A DNA stretch of 64,000 nt from an uncultured Lentisphaeria bacterium. GTDB taxonomy: Bacteria > Verrucomicrobiota > Lentisphaeria > Victivallales > UBA1829. The notes beneath the pieces were generated by a model. The model was given only the letters and a program-made list of their open reading frames with translations, was not told the DNA's origin and did not search any database. The position numbers and the translations under genes are program-made. This document shows, piece by piece, positions 57,773-64,000 of the stretch. Position 1 is the stretch's first letter, and each line of letters opens with the position of its first letter. The stretch is taken from positions 155,514 through 219,513 of the forward strand of contig CASDPB010000047.1 in the NCBI GenBank assembly GCA_949282305.1. The letters are read 5' to 3'.

Positions 57773-58599
57773 AAGAACATTACCTGACAAAACGGAGTTT
57801 CTTCCCGAAATTCGTCACGTGGACGACGATCGTGTTTTTCTACATCCCGCTTCTCGTGGTCGCCGTCAACTCCTTCAACCGGAGCAAGGGCGGCGGCGTC
57901 TGGAAAGGATTCACATTCCAATGGTATGCACAGCTGTTTTCCGACACCCGCATTTGGGAGGCTCTGCGAAACACGCTCGTCATCGCCTCGTTCGCAACTG
58001 TCATTGCAACGGTTCTCGGTACACTCTGCGCTTTTGCCCTGCACCGCTACCGCAGCAGACTCCAGAAAACCCACTACATGCTGGTCTACCTGCCGCTGAT
58101 CGTGCCGGACATCCTGCGCGGAATCAGCATGTTGCTGCTGTTCGTCCTGCTGTTCGCATGGATCAATCCCATTCTGCGCCGGACAGTGGGCATCCGGATC
58201 AATCTCGGTATCACGACGATCATCATCGCGCACATTACATTCTGCCTCAGTTACGTGGCGATGGTAGTTCTGGGACGGCTTCAGGACTTCGATTTCTCGC
58301 TTTATGAAGCCGCTCTGGATCTGGGGGCGAACAAATTCCAGGCATTTTCCAAAGTCGTGATTCCGGCAATTATGCCGGGGATTCTCGCCGGCGCCCTGCT
58401 CTCGTTCACGCTCTCGCTGGATGACTACGTAATCACGTTCTTCGTGGCGGGCAAAGGCTCCCTGACGCTTCCCATTTACATTTACGGTTCCATGAAACAC
58501 GGCAATCCGGCAGTGATCAACGCACTCTCCGTGATCCTGCTGATCGTCACGTTCATCACAGTCTATATCGCACAGAAACTTCTGGAGGATAAAAAATGA
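57769..58599 (+). CDS. potC: spermidine/putrescine ABC transporter permease
   Basis: 276 aa from ATG 57769 (MKEHYLTK). EAALDLGANKFQAFSKV loop. The longer ORF from 57010 is an out-of-gene extension over potB. Confidence 0.85.
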   Translation: MKEHYLTKRSFFPKFVTWTTIVFFYIPLLVVAVNSFNRSKGGGVWKGFTFQWYAQLFSDTRIWEALRNTLVIASFATVIATVLGTLCAFALHRYRSRLQKTHYMLVYLPLIVPDILRGISMLLLFVLLFAWINPILRRTVGIRINLGITTIIIAHITFCLSYVAMVVLGRLQDFDFSLYEAALDLGANKFQAFSKVVIPAIMPGILAGALLSFTLSLDDYVITFFVAGKGSLTLPIYIYGSMKHGNPAVINALSVILLIVTFITVYIAQKLLEDKK

Positions 58600-59630
58600 A
58601 ACAACTTTCCCTGTCCCTTCTCGTCTTCCTGGCTCTCCTGTTCTCCGGGTGCGGCGGCAGACCGGCGCTTTACATCTACAACTGGGGCGATTACGTTTCG
58701 CCGGAGGTCATCAGAAAGTTCGAGAAGGAATACAATTGCAGGGTTGTGCTGGATTTCTTCGACTCGAACGAATCCATGTATGCCAAGCTGAAAGCCGGCG
58801 GTGGCGGATACGATCTGATCGTCCCGTCCACTTACATGACGGATATGATGTATGACCAGAAAATGCTCCGTGAACTTGACAGAAGCAGACTCCCGAACCT
58901 GAAATACATCGATCCGGACTATCTGAAGAAAGTGCGCGATTCGGAAATGAAGTATTCCGTGCCGTATCTCGTAAGTTTCACCGGCATCGGATACAACAAG
59001 AACAAAGTAAGAAACTTTGAACCCTCATGGCGCATGTTTGAAAGGGAGGACATCCGGGGACGCTGTGTGCTTCTGAACGATCCGCGTCAGGTGATCGGCG
59101 CGGCGCTGATCACGCTCGGTTACGACCCGAACACCCGCAACGAAGAGGAGATCGGCAAAGCCGCGGATCTTGTGATTCAATGGCGCCGGAATATCGCAAA
59201 GTTCGACGTCGACGAGGCAAAGCGCAGCCTGATTTCCGGAGAATTCTGGCTGATCCAGACTTACAGCGGCGATATGCTTCAGGCTCTGGACGAAAATGAA
59301 AATATTGAGTTTGCTTTCCCGAAAGAGGGCTGTATCTTCACCGCCGACACCTTCGTGATCCCCGCCGATGCAGTCAATGTGGATCTGGCGTATGACTTCA
59401 TCAACTTCATGCACCGCCCGGAAATCGCCGCGGAAAACATGCAGTTCGTCAAATTCCGCTGTCCCAATACCGAAGCCCTGAAAATGCTGCCGGAAAAACT
59501 GAAAAACAAGCCGAGCATCAATCCGACGAAAGCACAGTGGGACGCCGCCATGCCGACACTTGATCTCGGAGCGGACACCCGTCTCTACAATGCCGCGTGG
59601 GACAGAATCAAAAGCGGAAGCGCGGACTGA
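58596..59630 (+). CDS. potD: spermidine/putrescine-binding periplasmic protein
   Basis: 344 aa. Lipoprotein-type signal LFSGCGG. LYIYNWGDYVSPEV and DLIVPSTYM blocks typical of PotD/PotF. Confidence 0.85.
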   Translation: MKQLSLSLLVFLALLFSGCGGRPALYIYNWGDYVSPEVIRKFEKEYNCRVVLDFFDSNESMYAKLKAGGGGYDLIVPSTYMTDMMYDQKMLRELDRSRLPNLKYIDPDYLKKVRDSEMKYSVPYLVSFTGIGYNKNKVRNFEPSWRMFEREDIRGRCVLLNDPRQVIGAALITLGYDPNTRNEEEIGKAADLVIQWRRNIAKFDVDEAKRSLISGEFWLIQTYSGDMLQALDENENIEFAFPKEGCIFTADTFVIPADAVNVDLAYDFINFMHRPEIAAENMQFVKFRCPNTEALKMLPEKLKNKPSINPTKAQWDAAMPTLDLGADTRLYNAAWDRIKSGSAD

Positions 59631-59643
59631 ACCGGTTCCGCGG

Positions 59644-60654
59644 TTATGCGGATTTTCCGGTTCCGCAGATTTTCCCGCGGAAAAACAGCATTCCGCCGCC
59701 AATCAGCAGAAGGCAGACTCCCGCCCGGAACAGCCATCCGGTCTGATTCAGCCGGCTGGACAGGATATATTCGACCGTGTCCGTGCCATCTCCGGAATCC
59801 ACTCTCCTGCACTCCGCCGCCATGCCGCCATCGGGTAGAAACTCCACCATCCAGTAACCGTAACGCGGGTCCTTCCCTTCCCCCTTCTGTCCGGAAGTCG
59901 GAACAACCAGAAGCGGCGCACCCGCGAACTCCCAGCGCGCCTCCGCATGCTGGTGCCCGGCAACGATCAGCGAAACGCGATACTCCCGCAGAAGCGGTTC
60001 CAGGCGGCGGACATCCTCATCAGGCAGACATTCGCCGCGCCCGTCGCCGCGCAGATCGACCGGGGGAACATGCGTGAACACAACCAATCTGCTGAAATGG
60101 CTTCTTTCCGCCTTGAGAACCTCTTCCAGACGTTCAACTTCCCCGGCTGCCAGACGTTCCGCGGAGGTGTCCAGCGACACAAACAGCGAATCCCCCCAGG
60201 CAAACCAGTATCCGGGCTGTCCGAAGGAACCTTTGTATGCACGCAGACCGTTTTCACGCGGATCCCTTGATTCCCTGTCATTGTTTCCCGGCGTGCAGAA
60301 AATCTTCAGATCCCCCGCCGCGCGTTTCATCCGTTCGGCAAGCCAGCAGAAATGCCGGACTTCACGTTTTCTCGCCATGTCCCCGACGCAAAGCGCAAAA
60401 TCCGCCCCACTGCTGCGGACAGCCCTCACCACCGCTTCAAACGGCTCCGTTTGAATCCGGAAGTCGCCGAACACGGCAAAGCGCATCCCCGGCTTCTCCG
60501 GATGGAAAAAACGTCCTGCCGGGGGAAGCATCAGCGGGGAGGCGTGCCCGTCATATCTTCGCTGCAGTTCATAGCAGAGTGTGCACAACACCGCCCCGAC
60601 GGCAATCAAAGCGCAGCCTCCGGCTGACAAGATTTTTTTGCGTATGTCCGACAT
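59644..60654 (-). CDS. membrane-anchored metallophosphoesterase (calcineurin-like)
   Basis: 336 aa. FAVFGDFR, CVGDMA, TPGNNDRE and VFTHVPP motifs. Hydrophobic segments at both termini. Confidence 0.8.
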   Translation of the reverse strand: MSDIRKKILSAGGCALIAVGAVLCTLCYELQRRYDGHASPLMLPPAGRFFHPEKPGMRFAVFGDFRIQTEPFEAVVRAVRSSGADFALCVGDMARKREVRHFCWLAERMKRAAGDLKIFCTPGNNDRESRDPRENGLRAYKGSFGQPGYWFAWGDSLFVSLDTSAERLAAGEVERLEEVLKAERSHFSRLVVFTHVPPVDLRGDGRGECLPDEDVRRLEPLLREYRVSLIVAGHQHAEARWEFAGAPLLVVPTSGQKGEGKDPRYGYWMVEFLPDGGMAAECRRVDSGDGTDTVEYILSSRLNQTGWLFRAGVCLLLIGGGMLFFRGKICGTGKSA

Positions 60655-60675
60655 TTTCCCGAGTTCCGTTCCAGG

Positions 60676-60710
60676 TTGACCAGCAGAATTTCTATACTAT
60701 ATCTATACTA
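60676..60710 (+). promoter_or_regulatory. candidate promoter overlapping two 11-bp-phased TCTATACTA direct repeats
   Basis: TTGACC (60676-60681), 16-nt spacer, TATATC (60698-60703). TCTATACTA occurs at 60691-60699 and 60702-60710. Confidence 0.4.
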
Positions 60711-60817
60711 AATTCTAAATCAAGTATAAAAGAAGTTTTTTTTCTGGAAAAAGAAGGTGGACAGCACATGTTATAGGAAAAAAGTTATGAAAATGGAAAT
60801 TGATATGGTCTTGCCTT

Positions 60818-61183
60818 ATGGGACGAAGAATCAGAATTACGAATGAAATCCGCTCGGCAATTTCCCAGGCGATTGAAGCGCTTGGCTCGCAAAGCGAACT
60901 GAGCCGCCGAAGCGGGGTTCCGCAGAAGAACCTGAGCAACTATATCAGCAGTGCGAACAGCCTGATGAACGAGGCAACCTGGATGCAGCTTCATCCTTTC
61001 GTCCGTGATTTCCTGCCGTATGAAAAGACAGCGGAAAAAAAGGATCTTCTGACCGTCTGCCATCTGGAAGGGATCACCACGCGGGCAGAAATCATATCGG
61101 AGCTGGTGCAGCGTGTCGCGGAATGTGACGAACTTGATGAACATGCGCGCCTTACCGTCATCCGCCTGCTTTCCCGGAAATAG
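60818..61183 (+). CDS. small XRE-like helix-turn-helix protein
   Basis: 121 aa from ATG 60818 (the ORF opens at TTG 60800; no clear SD). HTH-like LGSQSELSRRSGVPQKNLSNYIS. Confidence 0.55.
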   Translation: MGRRIRITNEIRSAISQAIEALGSQSELSRRSGVPQKNLSNYISSANSLMNEATWMQLHPFVRDFLPYEKTAEKKDLLTVCHLEGITTRAEIISELVQRVAECDELDEHARLTVIRLLSRK

Positions 61184-61432
61184 GGGAAACTCCGGCATGT
61201 TTTTGCGCCGCACACTCTAAAACCGCATGGAGAAACGGAGCAAGCGTCAAGCTCCGCCGTGCCGCCGCAAACGCACATCAGACACGTTCTGAAAACAAGT
61301 CAGACTTCAGCCGGAACGAATCCGGCGGAATATGCGGACCGCGGTCTCACCGGTTCGGAACCCACCGGCACGGCATTCAGTCATTCTCCGCATCATGAAA
61401 CCGTTCTCTCTCCATGCGGACGAAACGGCAAG

Positions 61433-61804
61433 TCACTCACCTTCCAGGATCACCGTCGCGACGGCATGGAGCTTTTCATGGCTGATGGAAAGATGGATCC
61501 GCTTCACGCCGAGGGCGTCCGCCGTCCGTTTCGCATTGCCGGAAAGCGTCATGACGGGGCGCCCGCTTTCCGCATCGCGCAGAATCTGAATGTCCTCAAA
61601 CGCGCATCGGGAACCGATTCCGGTTCCGAGAGCCTTGGAAAGCGCCTCCTTCGCGCACCAGCGCCCCGCCAGATAGGAAACACCGTCAAATTCGGCGGCT
61701 TCCCGTTCCGTCAGGACACGGCGCAGGAAACAGTTTCCGTGACGCAACATCATCTTTTCAATGCGTGCGCAGTCCGTAATGTCCGTTCCGAGTCCAAGAA
61801 TCAT
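61433..61804 (-). CDS. acpS: holo-[acyl-carrier-protein] synthase
   Basis: 123 aa. MILGLGTDITDCARIE start, WCAKEALSKALGTG, and the SISHE motif. Confidence 0.9.
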   Translation of the reverse strand: MILGLGTDITDCARIEKMMLRHGNCFLRRVLTEREAAEFDGVSYLAGRWCAKEALSKALGTGIGSRCAFEDIQILRDAESGRPVMTLSGNAKRTADALGVKRIHLSISHEKLHAVATVILEGE

Positions 61805-61812
61805 GAATGCAC

Positions 61813-62499
61813 CTATCGCAAAAGACGATGTTCCTTAAAGCTGAACGCATCATTCCGCGAAACGACCAGATGGTCCAGCAGATAAATATCCAGAAGTTTC
61901 AAGGCATCGGAAACGGCACGAGTGAACTCGCGATCCGCCATGGACGGCTGCGTCACTCCGCTGGGATGATTATGAACGATAATCACTCCGGCAGCCTTCT
62001 TGCGCAGTGCGTCCGCCGCAATCGTGCGGGGATAAATCACCGCCGCATCAATCGTTCCCCGGGAAACGATTTCCGCATCAATCACATGATTTTTCGTGTT
62101 CAGGCAGATGACCATGATGACTTCGTCCGAATAACCGGCCAGCTTCATTCTTGCGTAGTTGACCAGTTTCTCGGGGGAGGAAATCACATCGATGTCACGC
62201 ACCTTGTTTTCCAGATAACGGACACAAAGATCGCGCATGATCCTGAACAGCAGAGCGGAATTGTCGCCCATGCCGCCGATCTCGCAGAGCTCCTTCGGAT
62301 CGGCATCCATAACTCCGGCAACATCCTTGAAACGGCGCAGAAGCTCCCTTGCAATCGGCTTGACGTCACGGCGCGGGATGGCATAAGTCAGAACCAGCTC
62401 AACAATATCATAGTCGGTAAAGCCATCGCCACCCGCCTTGAGATAACGCGAACGGAGCCGCCCGCGATGTCCGTCCCTCTCAATTTCCATTTCCTTCAC
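61813..62499 (-). CDS. radC: RadC-family JAB/MPN domain protein
   Basis: 228 aa. HhH-like N-terminus (LLRRFKDVAGVMDADPKELCEIGGMG) and the JAMM motif VHNHPSG. Confidence 0.85.
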   Translation of the reverse strand: MKEMEIERDGHRGRLRSRYLKAGGDGFTDYDIVELVLTYAIPRRDVKPIARELLRRFKDVAGVMDADPKELCEIGGMGDNSALLFRIMRDLCVRYLENKVRDIDVISSPEKLVNYARMKLAGYSDEVIMVICLNTKNHVIDAEIVSRGTIDAAVIYPRTIAADALRKKAAGVIIVHNHPSGVTQPSMADREFTRAVSDALKLLDIYLLDHLVVSRNDAFSFKEHRLLR

Positions 62500-62538
62500 T
62501 CCTGTATTGCCTTTGGAACCGTTACGCCATAATATAAC

Positions 62539-63762
62539 TTATGAAACATATTTTAGCAATGTCACAGTTTCAAAATGTGCGGTGGAAGGAAACATGTCAA
62601 TCAAACCGGTCTCGAGAATGCGGTATCCGGCGGCGGTCAGCAGCTTCAGATCACGCGCCAGAGTGTCCGGAGAACAGGAAACATATACAAGATATGCGGC
62701 ACCGCTCCGGCAGACCGCATTCAATGTCCGGAGCTCAATTCCGGAGCGCGGAGGATCCGCCAGAAGCAGACTTCCCTGCGGCAGACGGCGGGGAAAAAGA
62801 CGGTTCATCCCCTTCCCCGCATCCCCTGCGGCGAAACGGCACTGCCGCGAAACGCCGTGAAGCGCCGCATTCCGTTTCGCGGTGTCAATCGCCCCGGGGT
62901 CAATTTCGACCGCACTGCATTTCAACCCGGGAAACCGCTCCGCCGCGATGATCGAAAAGCAGCCGCTCCCGCAGTAAAGCTCCATCAGATGCGATGGCAG
63001 GCAGGCTTCAATCAGGGAAACAACCCGTTCCGCAAGCTGTCCGGACATTCCGGAGTTGATCTGGAAAAAGGAAGTTTCGGGAACGCAGAAATCTCCGAAA
63101 TATCCGATTGTCTCCGTCAGCAGGCGCGATTTGCTGCCGCTGCGCTCCGTAAACCACCGGACGCCGTCCGCCGCAGTAAAGCGGAATGTGACGGAGCTGT
63201 CCGCCGCTGTCACATCCTTCTTCCACTCTCCCCGCCGGAACGCCTCGCTGATCTCCTCCACAGCAAGCGGGCAATCCTCAATTTCAATCAGAGACACATT
63301 GTCCTCCGCACGATATCCGGCATGAATTCCTCCCTCTGCGTCATGCTCCAGCGACAACTTGAGTTTATTCCGCCAGCGGGTCCGGCGGTCCGCTCCCAGC
63401 GGCTTCCGGATTCTGTCCGGTTCAACGAGCTTTCCCCTCACCAGAAAGGATTCCAGCTGTCTCTGCTTCCATTCCAGTTCCGTTTCATAAGAGACATGCG
63501 CATAGGAACACCCCGGGCACGGATTCGGACAGCCGGCGGCAACCCGCAGCGGAGATTCATTCAAAACACTCTCCAGACACCCTTCGGAATATGATTTCTT
63601 ATCGGCGATGATCTTCACCCTGACCGTTTCTCCGGGAACTGCTCCACGCACAAAACAGACCTTCCCGTTTTCCCGTCTGCCGATGGCACGCCCGCCGAAG
63701 GCAAATCCATAAATTTCCACTTTTTCCATGCACATCACAGCGTTTTCCATGTTCATCTTCAA
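62539..63762 (-). CDS. TRAM-domain RNA (uracil-5-)-methyltransferase, RlmD/RumA/TrmA family
   Basis: 407 aa. N-terminal TRAM-like GRAIGRRENGKVCFVRGAVPGETVRVKI, SAM motif ELYCGSGCFS, and C-terminal YVSCSPDTLARD...DMFPSTAHFETV. Start among several Met codons is uncertain. Confidence 0.8.
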   Translation of the reverse strand: MKMNMENAVMCMEKVEIYGFAFGGRAIGRRENGKVCFVRGAVPGETVRVKIIADKKSYSEGCLESVLNESPLRVAAGCPNPCPGCSYAHVSYETELEWKQRQLESFLVRGKLVEPDRIRKPLGADRRTRWRNKLKLSLEHDAEGGIHAGYRAEDNVSLIEIEDCPLAVEEISEAFRRGEWKKDVTAADSSVTFRFTAADGVRWFTERSGSKSRLLTETIGYFGDFCVPETSFFQINSGMSGQLAERVVSLIEACLPSHLMELYCGSGCFSIIAAERFPGLKCSAVEIDPGAIDTAKRNAALHGVSRQCRFAAGDAGKGMNRLFPRRLPQGSLLLADPPRSGIELRTLNAVCRSGAAYLVYVSCSPDTLARDLKLLTAAGYRILETGLIDMFPSTAHFETVTLLKYVS

Positions 63763-64000
63763 AACCGGTACAGATACTCGTGTTTCACCCGTTTTTCAAT
63801 GCGGGAAACAAAAAAGACGCAGAATCACCCTCGGGAAACCTCCGCAAAATGCAGAAAGACGAACGGGACACTCTGCGAAAATATTTTCCGACCGACATCA
63901 TCCGTTCTGCGGTCTTCCGGCAGAAGGGCGGAAAACCGGGGTAATCAATTTTTTCTGGCTTTTTCCGCCGCTTTGCGCCAGCGGACAGATTCCACATTGT

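Noticed and set aside
63785-63997. 70-aa minus-strand ORF at the right edge
   Set aside because: It has no SD, no motifs and an Arg/Lys-rich composition. The region is more likely the promoter or leader of the methyltransferase gene, or non-coding.

Overview
This is a dense chromosomal window of about 50 protein genes from a GC-rich diderm bacterium. I recognised no rRNA, tRNA, CRISPR array, transposase or integrase. The gene content (Lol system, secretins, several LacI and Gfo/Idh/MocA genes, a long multi-PDZ RseP) fits a PVC-group organism, but that is inference only. Housekeeping blocks are metH; rsmE-murG-ftsW; fumC; recX; an EF-G paralog; dtd-dxr-GNAT-rseP-ispG; folE; lolCE-lolD; a U32 peptidase-family gene; a complete pstSCAB-phoU-phoBR locus; accA; potABCD; and acpS-radC-RNA methyltransferase. 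Four regions stand out. (1) Two tandem, divergent secretin-family genes have no secretion or pilus machinery anywhere in the window. They sit head-to-tail directly upstream of pstS and are preceded by 11-bp-phased TTAACA-type (Pho-box-like) repeats. (2) A low-GC, translationally coupled three-gene glycosylation module encodes a GT2, a flippase-like TM + GT4 fusion, and a GT-C. (3) A Gfo/Idh/MocA dehydrogenase carries a histone-H1/AlgP-like Lys-Ala-Pro tail encoded by 66-bp tandem repeats. (4) A putative operon runs LysM-YkuD-like (catalytic Cys missing), accA, GNAT, a GGCT-fusion protein of unknown function, murI (one in-frame TGA) and a Na+ symporter. All calls come from reading the translated ORFs, motifs and intergenic DNA by eye; no database search or folding program was run.
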